This document shows positions 39,641 through 53,021 of a stretch of DNA of 64,000 nucleotides, piece after piece. The notes beneath the pieces are model-generated. The model was not told the DNA's origin. It saw only the letters and a list, made by a program, of their open reading frames with translations, and searched no databases. How positions within the stretch are numbered: the first letter of the stretch is position 1; every line of letters starts with the position of its first letter. Position numbers and translations under genes: made by a program. The DNA comes from Podarcis erhardii (Eukaryota): NCBI GenBank assembly GCA_964252035.1, contig OZ176205.1, one strand, 5' to 3'.

Positions 39641-40053
39641 TTCCCACTCATTCCCCACGCTGTTCCAGAGAGTCCTCCTGAGAAGCATTTAGCAGGGAGC
39701 AATGGGGGCTGCAGGGGTAAGGTGGGATTGGTGAAAAAGTCACACTATATCTGTCAAATTATTCTAATTGTGTATTCCGCTATCTTGCCAGAAATGGCTC
39801 TTTTGGTAGCTAGGTGGCATATCTAGGTGGTATGAAGATGATGATGATGTTGATGTTACTGCTGCTACTACCATCGTTGCTGCTGCTCACATATAATTTT
39901 TATCATCCAGTCATTTCCCCAGAAAACCTGGTGATTCATTCTCATATATTGAATCAATGAGACTTTAATTTTATAAGGGAAATACAGGTGTAAATGTTTT
40001 CACAACCACTTCTCTGGGTACTTCTCTGTGTAACACTGCTTTTCTCTCCCCAG

Positions 40054-40350
40054 TGCCTACCACAGCCGAGACCATAACTCCTTCCACAGAGCTGTACAAG
40101 ACAACTGTGTCAACTACAAGCACCACGCCACAGAAAATTCCAATTAGCACAACATTACCTGGGGGGAAGGGGGATGAAAGCAAAGGCCCCAAGCCACCGC
40201 CAGCAGTATCAACGACCAAAATTCCTCCTGTTACAAGCTTTTTCCCTTTGCCAGAGAGGTTCTGTGAACTTGAGGTGAAAAGGGATATAACTTGGCCTCA
40301 GACTCCAAGAGGAAACATGGTGGAACGCCCCTGTCCCAAAGGAACTCGTG
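40054..40350 (+). CDS. ADGRL2: ADGRL2 exon, Ser/Thr/Pro-rich linker plus start of HormR domain (VPTTAE...FCE...[19 protein letters not shown])
   Basis: Acceptor ctctccccag|TG, donor CGTG|gtaaga, 297 nt, phase 1/1. Matches ORF 40053..40385. Confidence 0.96.
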
Positions 40351-40909
40351 GTAAGACCTTAAAACTGGATTTTCAGCTTAAATAAACATTCCGGTGTCTA
40401 TATCTTGAACCCTCTTTTCCTTAGCCTCGGACTATCTTTCTTATGATCTTGGCTGCTTGCAAGGAAATGGCACCTTCAGGTTTTAAGCTGTAGAGGGCAT
40501 TGGAGCCTAGGTACAGAATTACATTCCAGCCCCTTTTCAAGGACTCCAGATCATAGGTCTTTGCAACAGACAGGACTTCAGCCACACTTGCTTTCTGCTG
40601 TATTTCTCATTATGAACTCCACTTTGGATGGTTTCCAGAAAATGCTAGAGCTTTTTCTTTTTCTCTCTGTTTATTCAGTATAAAGTCTGATATTTTGTCC
40701 TGGCTTTGTTAGCATTGCTTTTAATTGGCATCATTGCCGTTTGTTACCTCATTTTCCTACAGGCTTCCTTAGTCTCTTTTAAAGCGACTTAAGTACTGAA
40801 GCCCTAAGTATTTCCCAGGTGCTTACAAAACATTTTTTAAAAAATGTACACATGCACAAGCAACTTGAACACTCTGACTTCCATTTCATTTTTCTCATCC
40901 TTTATATAG

Positions 40910-41013
40910 GAACAGCTTCATACCTCTGCATGGTTTCCACTGGAAAATGGAACCCGAATGGTCCTGATCTTAGCAACTGTACTTCACACTGGGTAAACCA
41001 GCTGGCTCAGAAG
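40910..41013 (+). CDS. ADGRL2: ADGRL2 exon, HormR domain ([35 protein letters not shown])
   Basis: Acceptor tttatatag|GA, donor AAG|gtgggt, 104 nt, phase 1 to 0. Confidence 0.96.
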
Positions 41014-42436
41014 GTGGGTTGGAAAATATTTTTGATATGGTACCATGCCCATGATTACCAGCACAGATGCTTATGACAAACACTGGGAATGTTGCACGAG
41101 ACTAAATCAAGTGCCCTTGCCACCCCAGGGCTTTAATAGGGATGTCATGATATTGCCCACTTCAAGGGTTGGGGCAAACACACTTGTGGTTTCACCATGC
41201 AAACTGCTGCTTCCGGGTTACTCTGCCTCAAGGCAAACAATGTTGGTTTCAGCCAGGTGAAAGTTAAAGCAGAGGATGTGGCAGTTATGGGGCTCTCCTA
41301 GCTTTCAACGGAGCATCTTCTCCTTCCAAGAGCTACAGTCCCACATCCTTCACAGGAAATGGTGCTGAACATCATATTTGCACCAAGGAAAAGGCTGTCT
41401 CCTCTGCTTTGATCTTTGCCTAGCTGGAGCTAAGGGATTTTTCAGCAAAGGGACACAAGCATGGAGACATTAACGGAACAGCCATTCGTTGAGCACCTGC
41501 TCTGTATTTTTGTTTTGTTTAATAAAGGGTGGTCTATAAGTAAAATGAGGCCAATTTTTAAAACACTGTGTTACTAGCAGGAAATCCCTATGAAAGTTAA
41601 TAAGCATAAGAGAGGGACAGGATGGACTGTTTCTGTCCTTAGCTATCAGCTCTTGTATCCCATTCTCGTTTCCTAAATATTTGAGCTGTACTGTCACATT
41701 GACAGCCTCCGTAACTGCTGGGGTGAAAAGCAAATAAAGATATCCTATGTTACACTCCCCACCCCACAAAAGAATCTGTGTTTCAGATGGACTGCCCTGT
41801 GCTGAAACCCAGCTCTTGGAGATTGCGGGTGGGAGGAAACATCACAAACAAACTGCTTCATTTCCCACCGCTTCCTCCAAAGAAGCACAAAGGGGGAAAA
41901 AATCTCAAATGCCTGCAGAGATTGGTTGGTTTTGCTCCCTGCAAATGCAGAGCTCTCCATGCAGCACTTTATCATCCCACCACGGGATGAATGGTGGCCA
42001 TTCACTCCTGGAGAAGAAAGCGAAGGCACTTGGGAAAAGGGGGCTCATTCCTTAGCCCTGCAGATCCTGGCGATTAAGAATCAAGTCTCCTACTATTTCC
42101 GTAGCCCCATTCTGCATAGAATTTGTTGGTCACACTGAAAATGTGATGGAGCATTGAGAGAGTAGAATGGAATGCTTGGAATTGACATGATAGATACATA
42201 GATAGATAGATCACCATCAATGCATATAGCACTTTACTAAATCTAAGCAGTGTTGCATATTATCTCTCATTTTTTGTGGGTGTAGGGCAGTTGTTGTTTT
42301 TTTAAGGACAAAAGAACTTTGAAAGATAAAAGAAGATGTAACAAAAAATAACCTACCTTTCTGTTTAGAAATAAAGTGTTCTAAGAGTTAAGTGGCAGTG
42401 GGGGCATCACTAAAATAATTTAAATTGTCATTTCAG

Positions 42437-42622
42437 ATCAGAAGTGGAGAAAATGCTGCTAGCCTTGCCAATGAACTGGCTAAACATACCAAAGGACAAA
42501 TCTATGCTGGCGATGTGAGTTCTTCAGTCAGACTGATGGAACAGTTGGTGGATATTCTTGATGCTCAGCTGCAAGATCTGAAGCCTAATGAGAAGGACTC
42601 TGCTGGACGGAGTTATAACAAG
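42437..42622 (+). CDS. ADGRL2: ADGRL2 exon, GAIN subdomain A ([18 protein letters not shown]...DSAGRSYNK)
   Basis: Acceptor tttcag|ATC, donor AAG|gtagat, 186 nt, phase 0/0. Confidence 0.96.
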
Positions 42623-43353
42623 GTAGATACCAACCTGAATAGCCTTCTCTGGTGTGCATTAGAACAACCTGGCCTTGTGGCTTTCTTTCTTTTCTCTTGC
42701 AAAACATCTGCCTGTATTTTGCACTAGTCCTTTGAAGTAGGGCACATTTAGGGGTTTTTTTTGGGGGGGGGGAGGAACCAACAAATTCATGGAGACATGT
42801 GGATTCTGATGCTGTGTCAGAGTCCCCAAAGGCTGGTGGTACACGAGAACGGAATGTGACCATTCCCATGTGGGCAGAAGGAATTGAACGGATAATGTTA
42901 ATTATACTTTAGCAGCAGCCTGAAACAGAACAATGATTAAGGCATCAATAAGAATCAGACCTGTTGTGTCCTTTGATCCTTTATAATTCTCAACCTGGGG
43001 GGGGGGGACAAACTGCGGCAGGGAAAAATGAATACTCTTCCCCCCCCCCCATGACTTTCTTACTAACGTATTTGACGTATAATACTAACGTATTAGAAGT
43101 ATTTGACATACCAAGCCATGAACTAACCTTAGTGCATTGGAATGGCCTTGTCCTTCATTCACTCCCTTAAAAACCCACAGATTCATCTGGAAGTGATACT
43201 TTAACACACTTTAAGATTGTTAATTTTATCAGCAGATCTTATTTCTCCGGTTAGCATATAGGCGTTTGAACAATGATCAAGTAGTACTAATCCTATTACC
43301 CTTTAAAAAAAAATGTCTAACCTCTGATGTGTGTTTTTTGTCTTATTACCAAG

Positions 43354-43392
43354 CTCCAAAAGCGAGAGAAGACATGCAGGTCTTACCTTAAG
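43354..43392 (+). CDS. ADGRL2: ADGRL2 39-nt cassette exon in the GAIN domain (LQKREKTCRSYLK)
   Basis: Acceptor ttattaccaag|CTC, donor AAG|gtatct, phase 0/0. Matches the recalled alternatively spliced 13-aa latrophilin GAIN insert. Confidence 0.92.
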
Positions 43393-43463
43393 GTATCTCT
43401 CCTGTGCTGTCACCTTGCTTTGTCCCTGCTTCAGTCACCTGCTGCCACGCTTTTCCCTCCTGC

Positions 43464-43469
43464 TGCATG
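43464..43469 (+). promoter_or_regulatory. Candidate RBFOX site (TGCATG) about 70 nt downstream of the 39-nt cassette exon
   Basis: Exact TGCATG in the proximal downstream intron, where RBFOX typically promotes inclusion. Confidence 0.45.
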
Positions 43470-43749
43470 TCCCTATGTATTTCAGTCTTTGATAATTGTG
43501 CACTGTGCCTTCCCCACAGCAATTGTACAAAAAAAGGTGTTGGCTTTGCACGGGTATAATACCTTCAGAAAAACCCAGTCGTAAATAATAAATCAATAAT
43601 CGATACTTCCTTTCCTCCTCCTTTTATCAAAAAAAGAGCAGCCATGGAGCTTTTAACTGAATTGGAAATAAGAACAGCTTTGCTTCCTCGTGGTATTGTG
43701 CCTGTGGAAGGAAAACAAAACTGGCAATGGGCACAAATTGTTTGACACG

Positions 43750-43934
43750 GGAACACAGGAAGTTGCCTTATACTGAGTATAGATCCACATAGCTCAGTAT
43801 TGCCTACACTGGCTGGTAGCCGCTCTCCAGGGTTTCAGACTGGGGACATTGCCAGACCGGCCTGGAAATGCTGGGGATTAAAGTCGGGACTTTTCTGCAT
43901 GCAGTGCAGATGCTCTATCATAGAGCTACAGCCC
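43750..43934 (-). mobile_element. tRNA-derived SINE (Squam3-like), antisense
   Basis: Reverse complement reads gggctgtagctc..gatagagcatctgc..tgcatgcagaaaagtccc..tctgaaaccctggagagcggctaccagccagtgtaggcaatactgagct..actcagtataaggcaacttcctgtgttcc. Confidence 0.8.
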
Positions 43935-44209
43935 TGCCCCTTGCACCTGGGTTTTGTGTTTGCAGATCTGTGTATCAAAGACTGTGTAGCCTATCTAGTG
44001 GAATCCACTAATCACTGCTGCCTCGTGACTTCCATTGGCTCAGTGGAGTTTGTGTGGCAAGAGTGTCTTATGGATTACATCCCATGCTTGTGCATGACGA
44101 AAAAACAAAAACCCCAACACATACACATGTTAAACTACCCTACATTTTATTTTATTTTTGTGCACTCTTGAATTCAGCGAGTTCTCTTTTGTGTGTGTGA
44201 CACCAGGGA

Positions 44210-44212
<3 letters not shown>

Positions 44213-44248
<36 letters not shown>
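44213..44248. repeat. (GT)18 microsatellite
   Basis: Directly visible. Confidence 0.97.
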
Positions 44249-44250
<2 letters not shown>

Positions 44251-47200
44251 AGAGTTAACAAAGGCCAGCTTTGATCATTTGAGTTACAGATACAGTGCAA
44301 ACTTTCCTCATATTCTCCTGGAAGCATATCCTGTTTCCCATATACCAGGAGAGGCATAAAGATACTAAGGAACTTGGAATGTCTTGCAGGTCTTATTATG
44401 TGTATTCTGTTCTGGTTAATGTCAGTATTTCAACTGTGGTGGGATGTTGGATGAAAAACGAAAGCCTGCTGCTGATTTGTTTTGAAACATGCATTCCATA
44501 TGTCTTCGTAGTTTTTTCTTTTGCAATGTTACCAATTGGTATTAAAAATAGCAATAAAAAAACCCACAAAAAAACCAAAGCAGCACAGCATAGAATAAAA
44601 TCAATAATAAAAAGGCTCCTAAGAGATGTAACGTTGTCCAACTGCTTAAGAACAACTGTGCAACTGAGAGCGGAGCAGTTTATTGTTCACTCCTTTTCCT
44701 TAACCCCTTTCTCTGGAGTTACAAATCGTCCCACTTCGCGAAGGAACTAGCTAGCCATGATGAAAGCTATAACATCTGCAGAAAAGTCAACTATGGTTGG
44801 AGCTTACCAGAACTTAATGCAGAATTACACCATGGTTTCTCATCTGGGGTTAACAGGGATCCCAGTTAGTCCTAGCTGCAGACATAATATTTAACTATGG
44901 GGTATGCATCCTACCAAAGGCCGGAAGTCCTGCACAATCCCTTGGCTGGCTGTTGATTGCTTAACCATTGAACACGTTACATCTGCTCTCAGCCCAGATG
45001 ACATTTTGCCCTCTGTTTTATATTCAGCTGCTGATAAAACTTTGGGGAGACCGAAGTGTGTTCAGTTTTATCAAGCGGTTTTGCAAGGAAAGGAGAGTAG
45101 GAGGTGGGGGGAACCACATGTATCTTAAATTATATCATGATAACTGCTCTCTTTTAAAGCCAGTGAGTGGGGACGCAAAGCAAAGTCTGCTGAATTGGGT
45201 TGATTTCTTTTTTACAGTTGCATTTGCAGTTCACCTTTGAAGATAAATGTCATTGGGTAAAATGTAATAACCATGTGTGTGGTTGCTACTGAAAATGTTT
45301 TGTCACTGTGATGGCAAGAATCTAGGGTTACGAGCCGGTCTTAAGTGAGGCGTTAATTCCCAATGATTTATTTGAATGAGGAGGTTGAGCACAGGCATAA
45401 ATATTCTCCACTGAAATCAGTGGGGTCTCAAGCCTCCTTCACATTTTACTCTTGTAAAGGGGCAATATGAGTAGAAAGGGGCTCCTTCAGGCCCCACTCT
45501 TGCCACCCATGTATTAAGTGTGGATGTCTGAGGTGGGGGAATCCTTTGCACATAGATGTCCGGACACATAGGCTTCCAGTACCCAGAGAAGCCTACATTT
45601 GTAGGCTACCCCACATCGGAAGTCTATACTAATGGCTGGGCACGTGTACATCTGCTACATGACCCCCTCCACCTTTGTGATTATTGTTGCTACATTTACA
45701 TACCATTCATGAATTCAGTTCTCTAGTGGTTGGTATTTAGCTATGTTTTACTCAGAGTATTCCTGTTGCAATTGATGTACCTAACTTAGCCATGTTCATT
45801 ACTTTCCACGTGCCTACTCTTGAGTAAAACTTAATACAGCTCATAGTTTAAACACACACACAAAATCCAATTATACAAATACAACTTAGCACGTAAAACC
45901 ACCCCAAAGCCAGCACAAACACAGCAGCACAAAATCAGTTTTAAACCGGCAAGGGGAAAACATTTATGTTAGCAATTTATAGGCAGCTTAATGTAAAAAC
46001 AAAAAACCCTCTCTAAGCAATTTACCAAGTTGTTTAAAAACACACACAAAAACAACCAATCCATAAAACTGTAAGGCTAGAATACAAATAAGATGAAAAT
46101 ACATGTTGTCACTAAAAATCCATAATTGGAATACTAAAACAAAATACTGAGGAGTGCATATTGGGGGGGGGGGGGGATTAACAGTAAAAAATGCCCAAGC
46201 AAATAACTAAGCTTTTGATGGGCATCTAAAATACGTCACGATTGACATCTCCCGGATTGTGTAGGAGAGGAGGCAAGGAATTAAGCATATTTTAAAAATG
46301 TGCGTGTCCTGGAAGAATATAAATGTCTACACTTGGCACAATGCAAGTGGGCACCAGGCAAGCCTCTCTGACGAGGATGTTCTGTGTATGGGGCACCACT
46401 ACCAAAAAGACCTTGCTACCTTTGGACTGTGGCATTATGGCCTGGGAATTTATTTTAACTCTCCACCTCCCTCCCCAGCCACCTTTGACAAGAAATAGTG
46501 TCATTAAAGAGCTGACTATTTTAATGTGACCAAAGAAAAGCAGCCAGTCAGACAACATTAAAAATATAAGGAGTGAATCAGGCTAATGGATGCATGCAGC
46601 CATCAGGATGCGTATATACACGCAACACGAACTGCAGCACAGTCTTAATTTCTCGCTGAGATCATTTTTAGTGGGTCTCAAATGAGCTTCCCAGTTTGGC
46701 TAAGACTAATAAAAACCTCTTAAAATTACAAATCGAAAGCTGGCTGATGCTATGCAAATGAAGCAAGTCCTCACTTCGCGACAGAGGATTCATTTGTAAC
46801 TCAGATCAGAGGCTCCGATCCGTATTTCTTGGTGACTAATGAATATGGCCTCTGCAGACCAATTTCTGTTCCACTCTATTTAATGGCTGAAGCAGTATCA
46901 GTGTGAGCAGTTTGACTCTTCTATTTCCCATTAGAGAAGAGGGAAAGAAAATCCTTTCATTCCACTCCAAAAGTATCTCCCACCTGCCATTGTAGAGACT
47001 CACAATTCAGACAGAAAGAGGATATTAAGATGGATTAGGCTAATTAATTTTGCTCCTGACAATAGATAGTCCTGACCCAACTTTTTTCTATCCATTCAGG
47101 TGTGGAGCAGTGTTCTGGGTGCAACATCTTTTTATTTGTGTGACGCAGCCTGTTTGCATTTCCATTTGTTTTCGAAATCAGCCAAATCATATGTAGATAT

Positions 47201-47759
47201 AGATATATGTGCCTAATGACACATTGTAACTAGGTAAATGGGACATGGTGATTCAGCAATCACCCACATTACGCATTAACGTAAGAGCCTCCCTTCAACT
47301 GACGAATACCGTGTTTTCACTAAAGATCCTTTAAAAAATCCTCCTAAATTGCATATTATTTTGTGAGCAACTTAATGTGAGTGTAAGTATGTGAGATCAG
47401 GCCGCAACTGATCATTCTTCAGTTCTGAATAAATGGGGAAATCCTCTGCTCCTGCCGAACTTAACGTGCACATCAGAGCCCAGTAGAGCTCTAGCCTGGC
47501 TGGAGGAACTTTAAAATTAAAGCCATGAGCCTTCCCTTTTTATATGCTTCAGTATGCTAATAATATTCTTTTTCACTGCTGCTCCAAGGCTTCTTATATC
47601 AATGCTCTTTGTTATAAGGGGAAAGCGGTAGCCTTTTGGTCTTTAAATCACCGCAAATCATGTTGACAGTTAAATATTGTAATTGTCATCAGATCATGTT
47701 AGGGACTCTCTCCTGTTGCCTTAAGGCAGTAAGGCCTAATATTTTTCTACTGAATGCAG

Positions 47760-47943
47760 GCTATTGTTGACACGGTGGACAACCTGCTTAGGACCCAAGC
47801 GCTAGACTCCTGGAGAGATATGAATTCCTCTGAACGAGCACATGCTGCAACCATGTTACTTGATACCCTGGAAGAAGGGGCCTTTGTCTTGGCCGACAAC
47901 CTCTTAGAACCAACAAGGGTCGCAATGCCTACAGATCACATTG
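47760..47943 (+). CDS. ADGRL2: ADGRL2 exon, GAIN domain ([10 protein letters not shown]...[24 protein letters not shown])
   Basis: Acceptor tgaatgcag|GCT, donor ATTG|gtaagt, 184 nt, phase 0 to 1. Confidence 0.96.
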
Positions 47944-50080
47944 GTAAGTGAATACGTCTTGAAACGCTTGGCATCACACTGTGGGAAGAGTCCACCAAAC
48001 CCAGTGGTTTGGGATGTCCATATATTCCACATTAGATGGAACAGTGTAATTTGCCCAATTAGAAATATATTACATGAAAATAATACAGAAACCTCTGCAT
48101 TTTAAAAATGGAAAACCATTATCGATTGATGTTCTGGTTCTAGAACAGATAGCGACTAAGTTTGTAACCCCGAAAATTCCTAGTTCGATTATTTTTGGCT
48201 AACAAAATTAAGTCAAAGGACTTAGGCAAGTAACCTTTATCTTATTCTCATCTGAATTATGGAGCTAATAATGTTGGGCTACTTCTGAAGGATTATTGTA
48301 AATATTTCTGGATAAAATGTGTATGTAGTGCTTTGAACACTTTGAAAAATGTGCTACATAAATGATAGAAAATACATACATATTTTTCAGTCCTCATGGT
48401 AGAAACTCTTTCTCCTTTATACATAATCGGTTCCTAATGAATGTAGATTACTTTCAGGGACAGCGCATTGCCAACTTTGGGCACATAGCACATAGACTAA
48501 ATGTTTGCATTAAACACAACTGCCTTCAGGTGAAAGTGTGTTCAGTGAGCCACGTCTCCCACAATACAAAATAGCCATGCTTTGCAGATTGCAAAATAGC
48601 TACCGACACTTTGAGCATAATTTATCATTTAAATGCTGGCAGGGAAACAAAACTATTATGTATTAGGGACATACAGGTATATCTTGTTGTGGTTAAGAAG
48701 GTTGTTGTGTATAGATGTAAAATGCCATTCTCCTTGCGCCCTTGAGGCTTATACCAGTCTACATATTAGGAGGTAGAGCACACATATGTCACAAACATTT
48801 CGAGGCTAGACCTTAAAACAGAAGAACTAATTTATGAATGGGAGAATGTCAGGTATGTGGATTTGTGAATGAGGTGGTGCATGTTTCTGTTGCTAAAGGT
48901 GGAAGCAGAGTTTGCAGATGATCAGCTGTGGAATGCTAAGGATGTCTACTGCAAAGTAAATTCATCTAGGTTAAGTGGGCCTTTGCCTGCAAAGCAAATC
49001 CCCTTTGTACCAGGCCTGGTGGGCTGGGGAGACGGATTGGCTTGAGGTGCCTCACCACCCAGTCATTGCACTGACTGCCACTATCAGCCTGCAGAGTGAG
49101 GTCAGCATGTAGAGTCTCCCCCACAATAAGCAGAAGTACCACCAATGGAAGCCATGCTCCAGGAAAGAGGAGGTGCTGAGCTGGACCTCTTCACTTGCTG
49201 GCATTGGTCCCGAGCTTGGCTGGATCACTGCATTACCTCCAGCCTGCTGCAGCAACCTGCTTTCCCCCTCCTCCAGCCATCTCCCCTGGTCGGTGTGAGA
49301 GTTGTGGATGGGTTCCACCATTCCATCACACCCTGCCCAACTAGTTGCTATCTAGTAATCATATTTCTTTCATATTTAGTTTATCTATTTACATTTATAA
49401 ATATATACCCATTTTTTCCCTAGAAAAATAGCTGCTGGTACTCACCCTGCTACAGTTTTTAACAAGAACAAAAAAGAGGTGCCGTTACTGCATACTCTTG
49501 AGTAACCCCTGAAAAAAAGGACTGTCCATATCCTACCTTTCCCCAGAGTCGTGCCCATTGTTATTACCTCCACCACTCCTTTAATTTAAGTAGGTTAGGC
49601 TAAAATACAATGACTGAGCCATGGTCACCCTACAGAGATTTAAGCCTGGATGCCCCCAGTCCCATTCTGACAGTTTTAATGATCTACTCCTCTGGCTCCC
49701 TGTTGCTGAGAGATTAGGCATAGCAATAGCAAGTAGGACACAAAGACTAAAAATTCATGCATCATGGCTGTTTTGGTATCCAAAAGTTAAGCATTTCTTC
49801 CAACTAAAAACTCTTGGGACTTTTGAAGTGATCTCTCTTAGGCTCACATTAAAACCAGGTTGGCTGTCATGTTCTTTGAACTGGCGTGCTGTTGCTTTTG
49901 TGCATCTGCACTCGGGTTTGATTAAAATTTAAAGGAAAATGACTCCAATGCTACCGGTATGCATCTGTCATGTACAAGCAAGAAAATAAGCATCCCGAAA
50001 GGAAAAAAGGAAAAGGAAAACATCAGCCAAATCTGACCAGAGAAAGCAAAAACCTTCTTCTTGCTTTTTTGTCCACCTAG

Positions 50081-50203
50081 TCTTGGAAGTTGCAGTGCTG
50101 AGTACAGAAGGACAAGTGCAGGACTTGAAATTCCCCCAGGGCAACGCAGGAGGCAATTCTATCCAGCTCTCTTCGAACACTGTGAAGCAGAACAGCAGAA
50201 GCG
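50081..50203 (+). CDS. ADGRL2: ADGRL2 exon, GAIN domain ([21 protein letters not shown]...TVKQNSRS)
   Basis: Acceptor ccacctag|TC, donor AGCG|gtatgt, 123 nt, phase 1/1. Confidence 0.95.
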
Positions 50204-50472
50204 GTATGTCTTTTGCAAACCATTTATTTTTCAGCTGTAGCAACTTAATTTTGGGAGGGTTTGCTGTGTTATAATAATACACCCTCAGCAACATTAAAAA
50301 TAGCCAGTCGATAGCTCTCATTTGTAAATAACATTAGGCTGGCCTTTTTTCTTTCTTTCCTTCTTTTTTTTTTTTACTCGAATCAAACTTTCTGCACTAA
50401 AGCTGGGGAGGGTTAGGCTATTTAAAACATGCCATGTTACTTAAAGTGACTATAATAGCTTTCTTTTCACAG

Positions 50473-50678
50473 GGTTAGCAAAGCTGGTTTTCATAATTTA
50501 CAAAAGCTTGGGCCAGTTCCTCAGTACGGAAAATGCAACCATCAAACTGGGAGGAGAGTTTGCTGGCAGGAACAGTACCATCGCTGTGAACTCTGACGTC
50601 ATTGCGGCCTCCATCAACAAGGAGTCCAGTCGCGTGTACTTGACAGACCCTGTTCTTTTCACCCTGGCACACATTGAT
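50473..50678 (+). CDS. ADGRL2: ADGRL2 exon, GAIN domain ([27 protein letters not shown]...[11 protein letters not shown])
   Basis: Acceptor ttttcacag|GG, donor GAT|gtgagt, 206 nt, phase 1 to 0. Confidence 0.96.
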
Positions 50679-51171
50679 GTGAGTTATGGTAATGAATTAA
50701 TGGGAAGGTCATAAAATCAGCAAGAGCAAAGAGCAAAGAAGGGACGGGGGTGGATCTTTCAATTTGAATTTTAAATGTCGGACTAGGTCAGAGGCACAGG
50801 TTTGTTTAAGTCTACGAACATAAAATTAAATGAGCCTGGTTCAGTGATTATTAGAACTTAAGTGTATTCTTAATGAAAGCTAATTCGGTAATCAACATGA
50901 AAATGTAAATGGCTCTAATTTGTTCCTAAGTGAAAATTAACTCTTACCTTAGCAGCAGGACAGAAAAACACCAGCTCTTATGATTTTGCTTCCTTAATGC
51001 AGCAAAATTTTAATGGAACTTAGAGCATTTTGCTCTAATTCCATACTGTCTGCTGGAGCCCATTCACTAATCATTCAGATAGGTTTTAGTCAACGAAGGA
51101 ATCTGGTGCTGTTTTCTGCATTCTGCTTGACACTAGGTTTAACTTCTCTGTGCTTGAACTAGTCAGGTGTT

Positions 51172-51360
51172 AGTATTCCGACTCAACATCAGGAAGAACT
51201 TTTTGACAGTAAGAGCTGCTCAACAGTGGAACAGACTCTTTAGTTGTTATTTTTTAGCAGAGGTTAGATGTCCATCTGTCATGTATGATCTAGTTGAGAT
51301 TCCTGTATTGCAGGGATTTGGACTAGATGACCCTCAGAATCCCTTCCAATGCTACGATTT
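51172..51360 (+). mobile_element. CR1 LINE 3' fragment
   Basis: Encodes FRLNIRKNFLTVRAAQQWNRL (CR1 ORF2 C-terminus motif), followed by a 3' UTR tail (ggactagatgaccct...cccttccaatgctacgatt). Confidence 0.88.
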
Positions 51361-51955
51361 TATTTTCCCAGCTGAGATTTTCCATTTCCCAAAAGACAAG
51401 ACTCTTAAAAGACAAGACCAGTTTTTCAGTTCAGTTTAATCTGAATTATTATGTCTAGTGATCCTTTAGACTGGATGGAAATTGAGAAAAGGAAAGTGAA
51501 TTCGTTAGTAAATCCTCAATTATTCAAGAAGCCCTTTAGAGAAACTTCATGTATCTACTGCTGCAGGATCGGCAGAAATGGCCACAAGTGCACAGTATGA
51601 ACATTGAACAGCAAGCTAGGAAACTGATTGATTAAAATTAGATCTATAGTAATGTGGATTGCACTTTGGCGTATTTTAAACTATTAAACCCACTTTATAA
51701 CTAGGTGGTAGGCTTGTTCAACATGTTCTTGTCGGGTTTGCTAATGCTGGCTACAATCCACCACAGTCTATCCTAGGTCACCTTAATTGCTGTTTAATGG
51801 TGTATGAACCTATGCCCCTTATTCAATAGTGCTCCAAAACAGCAAACCACAAAAATGTGGAGAATGTAATCCAAATTGTATTCTATGCCCATTGCGCCAT
51901 ACTTGTCATTTCTGGGTTTACAGTTCTAATTTTCTTTCATCCTGGTGTTTTGCAG

Positions 51956-52129
51956 ACCAAGAATTATTTCAATGCAAATTGTTCCTTCTGGAACTACTCT
52001 GAACGGACTATGATGGGCTATTGGTCAACTCAAGGATGCAAGCTGATCGACACAAATAAAACGCATACCACGTGTGCATGTAGCCACCTAACCAATTTTG
52101 CAATCCTTATGGCACATAGGGGAATTGCG
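51956..52129 (+). CDS. ADGRL2: ADGRL2 exon, GPS motif and Stachel ([15 protein letters not shown]...CACSHL|[13 protein letters not shown])
   Basis: Acceptor tttgcag|ACC, donor GCG|gtaagg, 174 nt, phase 0/0. GPS Cys/Trp pattern and the H-L|T cleavage consensus (L 52088-90, T 52091-93) are intact. Confidence 0.97.
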
Positions 52130-53021
52130 GTAAGGAACAATGCCTTTAATCGGCAACCAAATGACATTTAGAAAACCCACTTTAACTTCTCTATGTTTGA
52201 ACTATCTATATAGTCGGATGTTAGTATAATTTCAGAATCCTTCTGGACATCTCATTTCACAGTATTCCAAATATGACCTTTGTGTTCCATAGGTTCAGAT
52301 GTAAAATGAAGAAAAAGAATGTGTCTGTTCATCTCCTTATATTTAATGCTGAATGCCATTTCATTAAAGGAACTCAAATATACAGTCATCCCCTATCATT
52401 ATATACCAATATTTTCTGCTTTCTAGCAGTTTTAAGTTCTCTGACATACTCATGCTTTCTCAAAGCATTTTGTAGATTTCTGATAGGATTGCAGTTAAGA
52501 CTGATTACTTGAAAACCCTGCAAATTCACATTGGGACTGGTTAACTGTTGACAAAGAGATTGATATTTACACCCTTCAAAAGCATACTTAAAAGGGAAGT
52601 GTGTATTCTGCTCTGCATTCTCTAGACCCACGTATAAGGTATCTGGATGGCATCAGTTCTGAGGGAAAATCAAAAACTACCAAGAACTATAAAGTACAAG
52701 TTCTTCTAGATGCTACTGAACTACAGAGCCATGGAAATGATAATAAAGAATGTTAATTTTCCCTTACCTGGCCATGAGCTGTGTCACTGGCCAAGGAGCC
52801 TGACAGCCTCACCTACTCTAACTGGATCACACAATGAGAGTCATTCATCCATTCCATTTATGGAACATATGGTTTATACTGAAGATCTCTCGTTTCCTTA
52901 AATTTCCTTTAATGTCCTGAACAATGCTTTATTTGTGCATTCAATATAGAAATTATGTTTTCCCTCCCCTGCCCTCCTTCCGGAACATCGCTTAGGCTTA
53001 AAATGTGGCATGTTATTGGAA

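Noticed and set aside
44349-44402. Possible duplicate or mutually exclusive partner of the 39-nt cassette exon (ERHKDTKELGMSCRSYY, sharing tgcaggtctta)
   Set aside because: Only an 11-nt match; the obvious donor gives a 41-nt, frame-shifting exon with a weak gtctta site. Likely chance.
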